This document shows, in pieces, positions 38,684 through 47,846 of a stretch of 64,000 nucleotides of DNA. Position 1 is the stretch's first letter. Every line of letters begins with the position of its first letter. The notes beneath the pieces are model-generated. The model did not search any database. It saw only the letters and a program-made list of their open reading frames with translations, and had not been told where the DNA came from. The position numbers and the translations under genes are program-made. The DNA comes from Gemmatimonadales bacterium (lineage in GTDB: Bacteria > Gemmatimonadota > Gemmatimonadetes > Gemmatimonadales > GWC2-71-9): contig DATBFV010000157.1 of NCBI GenBank assembly GCA_036558345.1, positions 321-64,320 on the forward strand. Direction: 5' to 3'.

Positions 38684-39385
38684 ATGCGCCTCATCCTCTT
38701 CGACATCGACGGCACTCTGCTCTGGACCAGCGGCGCCGGCCGCCGTGCGATCCATCGCGCCTTGGTCGAAGAGATGGGCACCGCCGGTCCGATCGAGACT
38801 TATCGGTTCGACGGGAAGACCGATCCGCAAATCGTCCGCGAGCTGCTCGCGATGGCCGGTCATCCCGAATGTGAATCGGAAGATCGCATCACCGCCGTCT
38901 GCGAACGCTATGTCGCGCTCCTGACCGTCGAGTTGGCGAAGCCGACCCATACCACCAGCCTCTATCCGGGCATCAAGGAGCTACTCGCGGCGCTCGAGCC
39001 GTTCGAAGCAGAAGGCCGGGCGCTCGTTGGATTGCTCACCGGAAATGTCCAGCACGGTGCCGCCCTCAAGCTCCGCTCCGCCGGCTTGGATCCGGCGCGT
39101 TTTGCCGTCGGCGCCTTCGGGTCGGATTCGCACCGGCGCGCCGACTTGCCGGCGGTAGCCGCGCGGCGTGCGAGCGAGCACACGGGCCGCCGGTTCACCG
39201 GCGATGAGCTCGTGGTCGTGGGGGACACGCCGGACGACGTCGCCTGTGCGCGGCCTCTGGGGGCGCGCACGGTGGCGGTGGCCACTGGGTTCTACAAGCC
39301 GGACGCGTTGCGCGCCGCCGGCGCCACCCATGTCTTCGAGAATCTCGGCGACACCCAAGCAGTTCTGCATGCGCTGTTCTCGTGA
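38684..39385 (+). CDS. HAD family hydrolase (phosphoglycolate-phosphatase-like)
   Basis: LILFDIDGTLL motif I and VVVGDTPDDV motif IV. Confidence 0.8.
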   Translation: MRLILFDIDGTLLWTSGAGRRAIHRALVEEMGTAGPIETYRFDGKTDPQIVRELLAMAGHPECESEDRITAVCERYVALLTVELAKPTHTTSLYPGIKELLAALEPFEAEGRALVGLLTGNVQHGAALKLRSAGLDPARFAVGAFGSDSHRRADLPAVAARRASEHTGRRFTGDELVVVGDTPDDVACARPLGARTVAVATGFYKPDALRAAGATHVFENLGDTQAVLHALFS

Positions 39386-39963
39386 CGGTTGTCCGTGAAG
39401 AGCTGGAGCTCAAGGCGCGCGTCGACGATCCCGATACCGTGCGGCGCGCGCTACTCGCTGCCGGCGCCGAGCTCGTCTATCGCGGCGCGATGATGGACCG
39501 GCGCTTCGACCGCCGTGGCCGGCTGGAAGAGCGCGATCAGGTGGTGCGGCTCCGTGTCTATCATCCCGCCGACCACTCGCCCGAATGGGGTGTCCTGGGC
39601 TGGAAAGGACCGGCTAAGCAACAGGGGCAATACCGCCTGCGGGAAGAGTGGGAGTCGCATGTCGACGATCCCAAGGCCGTGCTGGTCATTCTGCGGCACA
39701 TGGGCTACAAGGTCGCGGTCCGGATCGACCGGGCCATCGAGCAGTATCAGCTTCGCGAAGCGACGCTCCGGCTCGAGTGGTTCCCGTCGATGGATGTGTT
39801 GATGGAAGTCGAAGGGTCGCCCGAGGCGATCGAGCGGGCAATTCCCGCTACCGGCATGCCACGCGAAGCATTTCTGCCCGAGTCGCTGCCGTACTTCACG
39901 GCCGAGTACGAGAAGCGCACCGGCCGCGTGGCGCGAGTGAGCCGGCTCAAACGCCGCGAATGA
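39382..39963 (+). CDS. CYTH-domain protein (class IV adenylate cyclase / triphosphate tunnel metalloenzyme family)
   Basis: N-terminal EELELKARV (ExExK signature). About 190 aa. The GTG overlaps the HAD TGA. Confidence 0.7.
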   Translation: MTVVREELELKARVDDPDTVRRALLAAGAELVYRGAMMDRRFDRRGRLEERDQVVRLRVYHPADHSPEWGVLGWKGPAKQQGQYRLREEWESHVDDPKAVLVILRHMGYKVAVRIDRAIEQYQLREATLRLEWFPSMDVLMEVEGSPEAIERAIPATGMPREAFLPESLPYFTAEYEKRTGRVARVSRLKRRE

Positions 39964-40706
39964 CTGCCATGAAGCTCCTGATGCCGCTGCGCGTTCCGGA
40001 GTTGGCGCCCTCCCTTGGACGCGTCATTGTGCCCCGGCGCTTGCTCGATCCGTGGGTCCCGCTCGACGACATTCGCGAGGAGCTGGCCACGCGCGCGCTC
40101 GAGCTCGGTGGCGAAGGGCGCGCCGCCGCGGCCCGCGAAGCAGACGGCCAGGTCGATCGCGCGCGCGTGCTCGAAGTGACGGGCCGGCGCGCCTGGACGG
40201 CCGCGTGGGATCACGCCGTGCGCCGCGCCGGGACGCGCGTGGCCGAGGCACTCGACGCCGAAATCACGCGCGCGGCGCAGGAAGTGCGCATGCCACGCCG
40301 CCGGCTCCGGCGGCACCTCCTCACGACCGCGGAGAAGCGCGCGATCGTGGCGCGGCTCGGTACCGGCGGCGGGACATTCGTCGCGGCGCTGGACGAGCTC
40401 GAGGCTGCGGCGGCGCGTGTCGCCGAAGCCTCGGTGTTGGAGAAGGAGGCGCACGCGGCCTGGCAGGAAGCACTGCGCACCGTCGCGCGCCGGCTCGAGG
40501 CCGCGTGGCTCGCGCTCGAAGCCGAAGTCGAGGAGGAACGCAATCGCTGGAATGCCGAGATCAGCGCGATCGACGCGTGGCGGCCTTCACTCTGGCCGAT
40601 CTTCGTCTTCTGGCTGCCGTTCGCGGCTGTGCTCGTGTGGCTTGGCTTGATTCTGGGCGGTTACCTGCCGGCTCCCGCATGGCTCGCACGACAACTGGGC
40701 TTCTAG
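39960..40706 (+). CDS. hypothetical coiled-coil protein with C-terminal membrane anchor
   Basis: ATG at 39960 (ATGA overlap). Ala/Glu/Arg-rich helical body and hydrophobic C-terminus WPIFVFWLPFAAVLVWLGLILGG. Confidence 0.5.
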   Translation: MTAMKLLMPLRVPELAPSLGRVIVPRRLLDPWVPLDDIREELATRALELGGEGRAAAAREADGQVDRARVLEVTGRRAWTAAWDHAVRRAGTRVAEALDAEITRAAQEVRMPRRRLRRHLLTTAEKRAIVARLGTGGGTFVAALDELEAAAARVAEASVLEKEAHAAWQEALRTVARRLEAAWLALEAEVEEERNRWNAEISAIDAWRPSLWPIFVFWLPFAAVLVWLGLILGGYLPAPAWLARQLGF

Positions 40707-42865
40707 TCCTACTGCTCTGCGGCCTGAGCGGAACGGCGGGGGCCGCCGCGCAACTTCGCATCGTCGAAGTCCCCATCTCGGGCCGCGCCGGTCTGGATTC
40801 GCTCGAGCGGCTCGGCTTTGAAGTCGCCGACGTGCGGTTGATTGGTGGTGAGCAGCACGCGGTGGTCGTCGTCTCGCCCGAGACGGAGGCACTGCTCGGG
40901 CGGCGGGGATTCAAGACCGCGCCACTGAGCACGGCACGTGTGTCCGCAGGCGCTGCCGCGGACACGTTCCGGATGTATCACTCGTTCGACGATCCTGTGC
41001 GTGGGATTCGCGCCACACTCGCCGCGTGGGCCGCCTCGGACAGCGCGATTCACGTCGACTCGATCGGCGCGTCGTACGAGGGCCGGCCGATTCTGGCCGT
41101 GAAGATCGGACCGCCGGACGACTCGCCGACCCGGCCAAACGCGTTGTTCGTGGGGACGCACCACGCGCGCGAGTGGATTTCGACCGCGACCGCGATGAAG
41201 CTGATCCGCTGGCTCGCCGATTCGGGGTCGACGCTGACCGGCACACACGATGTCTGGGTCATTCCCGTCGAGAATCCCGACGGCTACCAGTACACGTTCA
41301 CGACCGATCGCTACTGGCGAAAAACCCGGCGCCCGAACAGCAGTGGCAGTTACGGCGTCGACCCGAACCGCAACTATCCCGCGTTCTGGGGCGCCGATGA
41401 AGTCGGGTCCAGCAGTTACGAGTACGCCGAAACCTATCGCGGCTCGTCGCCGGGTTCGGAGCCGGAAACGCAAGCGATCATGGCATTCCACGCGGCCCAC
41501 CCACCCGTGGTCTCGCTTTCCTATCACAGCTACGGTGGGTTGGTACTCCACCCGTGGGGATTTCGTGCTGGCGAATTGCCGCCCGATCTGCCCCGCTTCC
41601 AAGCGCTCGCGGGGACGGATGTCGCGCCCGCCGTCAGCGATAACGTGCCCGAATCGTCACTCGACCACTATCATCCGGGCCCGGGGTGGAATCTCTACAC
41701 CACGAATGGCGAGTACACGGATTGGGTGTACCGCACTTACGGCACGATCACCTTCACCACGGAGCTGACGAGCGGCTGCTGCATCAACGGCGTTTACTAC
41801 GGTTTTGAGTTTCCCGATGACAGCGCGCTGGTCGAACGCGTATTCCGCGACAACCTGCCATTCGCGCGTGCGCTCATCGAGGCTTCCGGGGATCTGGGAC
41901 TCGCGCCCGGCGTAACGGGCGCCCGCCCCGCGGCACCCGAGTTCATGTCGCTCTGGCCTGAGTCCTGGCTCAATCTCGAGACGTCCGCACCGCGTCCCAT
42001 GCTCACGTTGCGGACGAACACCGGCACGTTGCTCACGCGCAGCTCGCAGACCGACTCCCTGCGGCGCGGCGCACTCCGCACTGTCTGGCGAACGGATCTG
42101 CGCGCCGATGCGGTGCGCGCGCTGCGGGCGGATGGGATGCCGATCACCGCGGAGCTCCTGTCCCTAGGCGGGGCCGAGCCGCTCGACGACGGATGGCAAG
42201 GGCGGTGGTCGCACGACACCGTCCGCGTCGGCGGCAAGTATTCGTGGTCGATCTCCGGCACCGATACGCTGACCTCGCCGGTCGTGGATCTCCACGGTCG
42301 CACCGCAGTCTGGCTGCACCTGTGGACACGCCACTACGGTTCGACATTCACGCCGGCTCAGCGGGGCGTCATTCAATTTTCGGCCGACTCGGGCGCCACG
42401 TGGGATGATGTCGCCCTGATCATCGGCGATGGCCCGAACTGGTATCCGATGCGCGTCGATCTTCCGGGAGCAGCGGGCGCGCGCGGGGCGCGCGTCCGCT
42501 TCATCGCGCAACAGTTTACGTGGTGGATCGATGCCGTCGGTTTTGCCACGGACGCCAGCACCGCATTCCTGCAGCTCGCCGCGGCAACCGGCGCTGAAGT
42601 GTCCGAAAACCCTGTCCGCAGCGATCAGGTGGTGATTTCCTGGCCCACGCCGACCGGCACCGGTGACGCGCGCGTGGCGGTGTACGGATTTACCGGTGAG
42701 CGGCTGTTCGAGACCACCGTCGCGGCGCCCACGAACGAATATGTTTGGGACCTCACGACGGGCGGAGGAACACATCGCGTGGTGAACGGCGCGTATATCA
42801 TCGTCGTCGATGTAGACGGGCAGCGCTATCGGCGCCGCTTGTTCGTGGCGCGGCCGAATCCATGA
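40679..42865 (+). CDS. M14 family zinc carboxypeptidase with extra C-terminal beta-sandwich (T9SS/FlgD-Ig-like) domain
   Basis: ATG at 40679 with signal LLVLLLCGLSGTAGAAA. GTHHAREWIS zinc-binding motif. C-terminal about 90 aa resemble a T9SS-type sorting domain. Confidence 0.8.
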   Translation: MARTTTGLLVLLLCGLSGTAGAAAQLRIVEVPISGRAGLDSLERLGFEVADVRLIGGEQHAVVVVSPETEALLGRRGFKTAPLSTARVSAGAAADTFRMYHSFDDPVRGIRATLAAWAASDSAIHVDSIGASYEGRPILAVKIGPPDDSPTRPNALFVGTHHAREWISTATAMKLIRWLADSGSTLTGTHDVWVIPVENPDGYQYTFTTDRYWRKTRRPNSSGSYGVDPNRNYPAFWGADEVGSSSYEYAETYRGSSPGSEPETQAIMAFHAAHPPVVSLSYHSYGGLVLHPWGFRAGELPPDLPRFQALAGTDVAPAVSDNVPESSLDHYHPGPGWNLYTTNGEYTDWVYRTYGTITFTTELTSGCCINGVYYGFEFPDDSALVERVFRDNLPFARALIEASGDLGLAPGVTGARPAAPEFMSLWPESWLNLETSAPRPMLTLRTNTGTLLTRSSQTDSLRRGALRTVWRTDLRADAVRALRADGMPITAELLSLGGAEPLDDGWQGRWSHDTVRVGGKYSWSISGTDTLTSPVVDLHGRTAVWLHLWTRHYGSTFTPAQRGVIQFSADSGATWDDVALIIGDGPNWYPMRVDLPGAAGARGARVRFIAQQFTWWIDAVGFATDASTAFLQLAAATGAEVSENPVRSDQVVISWPTPTGTGDARVAVYGFTGERLFETTVAAPTNEYVWDLTTGGGTHRVVNGAYIIVVDVDGQRYRRRLFVARPNP

Positions 42866-43248
42866 GTGCGGTCGGCGTCGGTGTCGATCTCGTCGAAGTC
42901 GCGCGCGCGCGTGGGATGCTTGCCGATAAGGGCGCGCACGTCTTCGACCGCCTGCTCACGGCCGCGGAGGCCGAGTACTGTCGCTCGCGCCCCGATCCCG
43001 CCGAGCACGTCGCCGTCCGGCTCGCTGCGAAGGAGGCGGTTTACAAGGCGCTGCAGGGAAGCGATGAAGCCCGCGGAATTGGGTGGCGCGACATCGAGGT
43101 CACGCGGGCACCGGACGGCCGTCCCGACGTCGCGCTGAGCGGGCTGGCCGCTAAACGCGCCAGAGAGTTACGGGTGAAGCGAGTGCTGTTGTCTCTCTCG
43201 CATACGCACGAGGCCGCCATTGCAATCGCAGTTCTATCAACAGATTGA
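42862..43248 (+). CDS. acpS: holo-[acyl-carrier-protein] synthase
   Basis: GVGVDLVEV ... EAVYKAL ... LSLSHT motifs. 128 aa. ATGA overlap with the upstream gene. Confidence 0.85.
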   Translation: MSAVGVGVDLVEVARARGMLADKGAHVFDRLLTAAEAEYCRSRPDPAEHVAVRLAAKEAVYKALQGSDEARGIGWRDIEVTRAPDGRPDVALSGLAAKRARELRVKRVLLSLSHTHEAAIAIAVLSTD

Positions 43249-43280
43249 AATTCCGACAAGATTACTCTAGTATTTGCGCC

Positions 43281-45068
43281 GTGGGGTCGCTCAGAATCTT
43301 CCTGGTAGTTGCCGCCTGCCTCGCACAGACACTCGCGGGGCAGGCGACTGACTCTCTGGCCCTGTCTCGAAGGGTCGTCGCCACCGCATCGCTTGCCGCC
43401 AAGGAGTATGCGCTGGGTGTCGCGCCCGAGGGTGGCCGGATCATCCAGCCGGAAGAAGTCGAAGAGGCCAAGCTCTTCATCCAGCAGGCGCATTTCGACG
43501 TCGCAGGCTTGCCGCGGGCCGCTCGCGCCAATACAAAACGCGTCCTCGCCCAGATCGCTCAGATGTTGGACTCGCTCGCGCCACCCGATGCCGTCAGCCG
43601 CGTAACGGACAGTCTCGTCGCCCACATTACCGCCGCCGCCGGTGGGCCCAAGGTCGTCGAGCCCTTGCCGGCCAATCCTCCATCGCTCGCGCGCGGTGCC
43701 GACGTATTCCGCGAGAGCTGCGTCCCCTGTCACGGGGCCGGCGGCCGCGGCGACGGGCCCAAAGCCAAGTCGCTCGAGGGACCGCCGCCCGCGAATCTCG
43801 CGGACCACAACGTCATGGGCGACAAGTCGCTGCTCGACATCTTCCGTCGGATCTCGGTCGGCACGCCCGGCACCGCGATGCCGGAGTTCGGCGAGGACCT
43901 GTCGGTGGAGGATCGCTGGGCCGTGGCGTCGTATGTTGCCGCGCTGCAGTACGGAGGGTCGGCGACGGCAGCCATCTTCGCGGCCGTGCGTCATCAGATC
44001 GACTCGGCCCTGACGAAGCGCTCCGACAAGATCGCCGTCGATGCGTACATGACGTTCGAGCAAGTGGAGACCTCGATTCGGGCCAAGAATCCCGGTCTCG
44101 CGAGCGAGCTGGAAGGCAATTTCGCGTGGCTCCGGATGCGCGCTGTGAAGGCCGACGACGCGGAGCGCCACACGATTCGCGAACGCCTGCTCGCCGGCCT
44201 CGAGCGCGGCGAGCGTGTCGTAGCGGACCGGCCGTCGGGAATGAGTCTGTTCGTCTCTTCTTTCTTCTTGATGGTGCGCGAGGGCTTTGAGGCGATTCTC
44301 ATCGTCGCGGCGCTCATGACCTTCCTCGCCAAGGCCGGCGCGGCCGAGCGGCGGCGCGACGTGGCCCGTGGCGCGTGGCTCGCGGTTGCCGCGAGTCTGC
44401 TTACGTGGGTGCTCGTCGAGATGCTGCTTGAGGTGACGCCCGGTGGGCGTGAGGCGATCGAAGGCGCCACGATGCTGCTGGCGGCCGCGGTGCTGTTCTA
44501 CGTGAGCTACTGGCTGCTCTCCAAAATCGAAGCCGCCAAGTGGACAGCATTCGTGCGCGGCAAGATGCAGAGCGCCCTGTCGTCCGGTTCCGGGATTGCG
44601 CTGAGTGCGGTGGCATTCCTTGCGGTCTACCGGGAAGGTTTCGAAACGATCCTCTTCTACAAAGCGCTGTTCAGCTCCGCAGGGGCGAGCGGGGTGCCGG
44701 TCGTCGCCGGGATTGCCGTGGGCGCGGTCGGCCTCGTCGCTATCTACCTGCTCGTCAACCAGCTCGGCGTGCGCGTGGCGATGAAACCGTTCTTCGCCGT
44801 CACGGGGATCATGCTGTACTACCTGGCATTCGTGTTTGCGGGGAAGGGAATCGCGGAGCTGCAAGGGGTGGGATTGGTGCCGCTCACCGTCATCGACGGA
44901 GCCCCGCGCATCCCCGTGTTGGGGATTTATCCCACGCTGGAGTCCTTGCTCGTGCAGGGCGTGCTGCTGCTGCTCGCGCTGGTCGCCCTCGTCTGGGCGC
45001 TCAGACCGAAGGAGCCGAGCGCTCCTTCCGTCGTAGCGAGTCGGGGAACGGTGGAGCAACCGCGTTAG
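43281..45068 (+). CDS. cytochrome c - FTR1-family iron permease fusion
   Basis: CVPCHG heme-c motif in the N-terminal periplasmic part. Two REGFE motifs (MVREGFEAIL, VYREGFETIL) sit in the permease part. GTG 43281 gives a good signal peptide. Alternative TTG at 43245 overlaps the acpS stop. Confidence 0.8.
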   Translation: MGSLRIFLVVAACLAQTLAGQATDSLALSRRVVATASLAAKEYALGVAPEGGRIIQPEEVEEAKLFIQQAHFDVAGLPRAARANTKRVLAQIAQMLDSLAPPDAVSRVTDSLVAHITAAAGGPKVVEPLPANPPSLARGADVFRESCVPCHGAGGRGDGPKAKSLEGPPPANLADHNVMGDKSLLDIFRRISVGTPGTAMPEFGEDLSVEDRWAVASYVAALQYGGSATAAIFAAVRHQIDSALTKRSDKIAVDAYMTFEQVETSIRAKNPGLASELEGNFAWLRMRAVKADDAERHTIRERLLAGLERGERVVADRPSGMSLFVSSFFLMVREGFEAILIVAALMTFLAKAGAAERRRDVARGAWLAVAASLLTWVLVEMLLEVTPGGREAIEGATMLLAAAVLFYVSYWLLSKIEAAKWTAFVRGKMQSALSSGSGIALSAVAFLAVYREGFETILFYKALFSSAGASGVPVVAGIAVGAVGLVAIYLLVNQLGVRVAMKPFFAVTGIMLYYLAFVFAGKGIAELQGVGLVPLTVIDGAPRIPVLGIYPTLESLLVQGVLLLLALVALVWALRPKEPSAPSVVASRGTVEQPR

Positions 45069-45861
45069 CCGGCGTGCGCCATTGGTAGATCAGGAAACCG
45101 CCCACGATCATGATCAGCACACTCGTCGCCTGCGCGAGAGAAAACGGCGCCAGCCACGATAGCCTGTCGTCCTTGGCGCGCACGATTTCCACGAGGAAGC
45201 GCTCCGCGCCGGCCAGTACCATGTACCAGGCCCACAGCCAGCCGATGGCGTGGCCGTGATCGCGACGGCGCCACAGCCACCAGAACACGAAGAGCATCAG
45301 GCCGGTCTCGTAAATTTGAGTCGGATGGACCGCGACCACTTGCATCGGATCGGTCAGCGGCGGGAAGTGGACGCCCATCTGCTGCAGATTTGAGACTGTG
45401 GTAGGCGGCAGACCGTCGGGGAATTTCATGCCCCACGGCAGGCTCGTCGGGATGCCGTAGTCGTCGTTGACGAGGAAGCAGCCAACGCGCCCGAGCGCGT
45501 AGCCCAGCGCGAGCGGCGCAGCGCAGATCTCCGCGGTGAACCGTGCCGGCACTCTGCGGCGCCAGCCGTTGAGCAGAATCGCCCCGACCGCTCCCAGGAA
45601 CCCGCCGTACCAGACAAAGCCGCCGCGCCTGAACAGCATGTCGATGTCGTGCGTCAGGAACACGTACCACACCTTGGCCCCGACGAGTCCGCCGATCACG
45701 CCGGCGATGATGATGTCGGCGGCATACTCTTCATCGAGCGCGCGCCTGCGCAGATCGAGCTGGATCGCCCACCCCGCCATCAGGAAGGCTACCATCATCA
45801 TCAGCCCGTATCCGGTGAGCTCGAGGGGGCCGAGGTGGATCGCGAACGGGTAGACCGTCAT
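45001..45861 (-). CDS. lgt: prolipoprotein diacylglyceryl transferase
   Basis: GLMMMVAFL...GGLVGAKVWYV...GGFVWYGGFLGA are typical Lgt motifs. ATGA overlap with tsaD. Confidence 0.9.
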   Translation of the reverse strand: MTVYPFAIHLGPLELTGYGLMMMVAFLMAGWAIQLDLRRRALDEEYAADIIIAGVIGGLVGAKVWYVFLTHDIDMLFRRGGFVWYGGFLGAVGAILLNGWRRRVPARFTAEICAAPLALGYALGRVGCFLVNDDYGIPTSLPWGMKFPDGLPPTTVSNLQQMGVHFPPLTDPMQVVAVHPTQIYETGLMLFVFWWLWRRRDHGHAIGWLWAWYMVLAGAERFLVEIVRAKDDRLSWLAPFSLAQATSVLIMIVGGFLIYQWRTPANAVAPPFPDSLRRKERSAPSV

Positions 45862-46901
45862 TGAGAGGCCGTGCGTCGTGCGTCGTGCGTCGTCTCGGTC
45901 ATCTCGAGTCCAGGTAAGGGCAAGTCGGCGCGGGCATCGAGAGTCCAGTCACTCCGTTCGCCGAGCTGCAGGTGATACCATCCCGCGCGCGCGATCATCG
46001 CCGCATTATCTGCATTGAGGCGCGGGCTCGCGACAGCCACACGCGCCCGCCCGCTCAGTCGCTGAGCCGCCGCGGCGCTGAGTGCTTTGCTACAGGCGAC
46101 TCCGCCACCCAGCACCGCCGTCTTGTACCCCGTCGCGCGCACCGCACGATCGAGCTTCGTGACCAGTACGTCCAGCACCGCATCCTGAAACGCTCTGGCC
46201 AGATGCGGCCGGTCGCGCTCGAGATCGTCCGACGCGCGCACCGCGTGCAGCACCGCGGTCTTGAGGCCCGAGAAAGAAAACTCGTAGCCTTCCGCAATCA
46301 TCGGGCGGGGAAAGTTGAATCGCGTCGGATCGCCGTCACGGGCTATTCGCTCGATGACGGGACCTCCTGGATAGCCGAGGCCGAGCAGCGTGGCGACTTT
46401 GTCGAACGCTTCGCCGGCCGCGTCGTCGCGCGTTTCGCCGAGCAGGCGGTAGCGGCCCCACGCGGGCACGTCGAGCAGCAGTGTATGCCCGCCCGAGACG
46501 AGCAAGGCGACGAACGGCGGTGTGAGATCCCGGTCTTCGAGGGCCGGGGCAAACAGGTGGCCTTCCATGTGGTGCACGCCGATGAGATCCCGCTTGCCCG
46601 CGAATGCGAACGATTTGGCATAGACGACGCCGACGAGCAACGCGCCCGCGAGACCGGGTCCAGCGGTGACTGCCACCGCATCGATAGCGGAGGGCGCGAG
46701 GCCGGCTTCGTCGAGCGCGCGATCCACGACGGCCGGCAAGGCGGCCAGATGGGCGCGGCTCGCGAGCTCGGGGACGACGCCGCCAAAGACCTTGTGGATA
46801 TCCTGGGACAGAATGACGAGGCTGGCGAGCTCACCGCCGACCAGCACCGCGGCGGAGGTCTCGTCGCACGACGTCTCGATGCCGAGGACGGCGTCAGCCA
46901 C
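45858..46901 (-). CDS. tsaD: tRNA N6-adenosine threonylcarbamoyltransferase
   Basis: VLGIETSCDETSAAV and HHMEGH motifs. Confidence 0.9.
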   Translation of the reverse strand: MADAVLGIETSCDETSAAVLVGGELASLVILSQDIHKVFGGVVPELASRAHLAALPAVVDRALDEAGLAPSAIDAVAVTAGPGLAGALLVGVVYAKSFAFAGKRDLIGVHHMEGHLFAPALEDRDLTPPFVALLVSGGHTLLLDVPAWGRYRLLGETRDDAAGEAFDKVATLLGLGYPGGPVIERIARDGDPTRFNFPRPMIAEGYEFSFSGLKTAVLHAVRASDDLERDRPHLARAFQDAVLDVLVTKLDRAVRATGYKTAVLGGGVACSKALSAAAAQRLSGRARVAVASPRLNADNAAMIARAGWYHLQLGERSDWTLDARADLPLPGLEMTETTHDARRTASQ

Positions 46902-47844
46902 GTCGCTGCGCCGGCGCAGGCCCGGTGCGACGCCGCAGCGTGACCGAGTCGGGAATGGCGCGCGCCGTCACGCCGTGCGGCGCGATCACCGTGAGGCGCG
47001 CGACACTGCTGCCGCCGGCCGCCGGCGGGCCGGAGGTGAGGTGTGCGACGACGCGCAGCGAGTCGCGCGTCAGCGCCGCGACGCGCTCTTCAGGCCCCCG
47101 CACGGCGACGGACACCCGCGCGGGCGTGACGATGTAACTCGTAATCGCGCCCGCCCCTGTCTCCACCGGAATCCCTCCGAACGACCGCTCGGCGATGCGG
47201 CCCATCTCGCCGGTCACGGTCACCTGCTTCGGCGCTAGCCGCACGATGCCCAGCGGCATGGTGTCGATCGGTACCTGACGCGTGAACTCCCCGCTGACGT
47301 TCGTAATCTCCATCGGTACGGTGGTCACCGAGTCGATCGCGGAAAGACTCTGCTCCGGGCCCACGAGGCGGGCAGTCGTCGGCGTCATCGAGAGACCACC
47401 GTGCAAGACCTGCTCGGAGTCCGGCGTCACCGTGACGAGCGATACGATGCGCACCTCTTTGCGCGCGACGCTGTCGAGCGCGATGGTGATCTCGCTCGGC
47501 CGCACTTCCATGACGCGAACGTCCGCCCCCTTGGGAAGCGCCAGCTCGACCTCGCTGGGATCGAGATGAATCGAATAGGTCGAGGCCGTGAGCGTATCGG
47601 GCACGCGCCGGGTGATGTCGCCCGCGAGCGAGCGCAGCTTGAGGATCTGGCTGCCCTTGCCGGAGATCTGCACGCGCACTTTGGGCAGTTTTTGCACGAG
47701 CGCGCGTCCGCGTGGCAATTGCACGTTGAGCGTCACGTCGAAGCTGGTCGTGACGGGCTGCTGCAGCTGAACGGCGACGTACAGCATCAGTGCCAGGGAG
47801 AGCGCCGCGCCCTTGATCGGCCAGTTCTTCGTGAGCCATTGCAT
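46894..47844 (-). CDS. YbbR-like domain protein (CdaR family)
   Basis: N-terminal NWPIKGAALSLALMLYVAV anchor followed by repeated YbbR-type beta domains. Confidence 0.65.
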   Translation of the reverse strand: MQWLTKNWPIKGAALSLALMLYVAVQLQQPVTTSFDVTLNVQLPRGRALVQKLPKVRVQISGKGSQILKLRSLAGDITRRVPDTLTASTYSIHLDPSEVELALPKGADVRVMEVRPSEITIALDSVARKEVRIVSLVTVTPDSEQVLHGGLSMTPTTARLVGPEQSLSAIDSVTTVPMEITNVSGEFTRQVPIDTMPLGIVRLAPKQVTVTGEMGRIAERSFGGIPVETGAGAITSYIVTPARVSVAVRGPEERVAALTRDSLRVVAHLTSGPPAAGGSSVARLTVIAPHGVTARAIPDSVTLRRRTGPAPAQRRG

Positions 47845-47846
47845 TG

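Noticed and set aside
46894-47844. YbbR/CdaR-like gene as an indicator of a c-di-AMP (cdaA-cdaR-glmM) module.
   Set aside because: No diadenylate cyclase (DisA_N) or glmM gene is adjacent. The neighbours are tlpA and tsaD, so no c-di-AMP operon can be claimed from this window.
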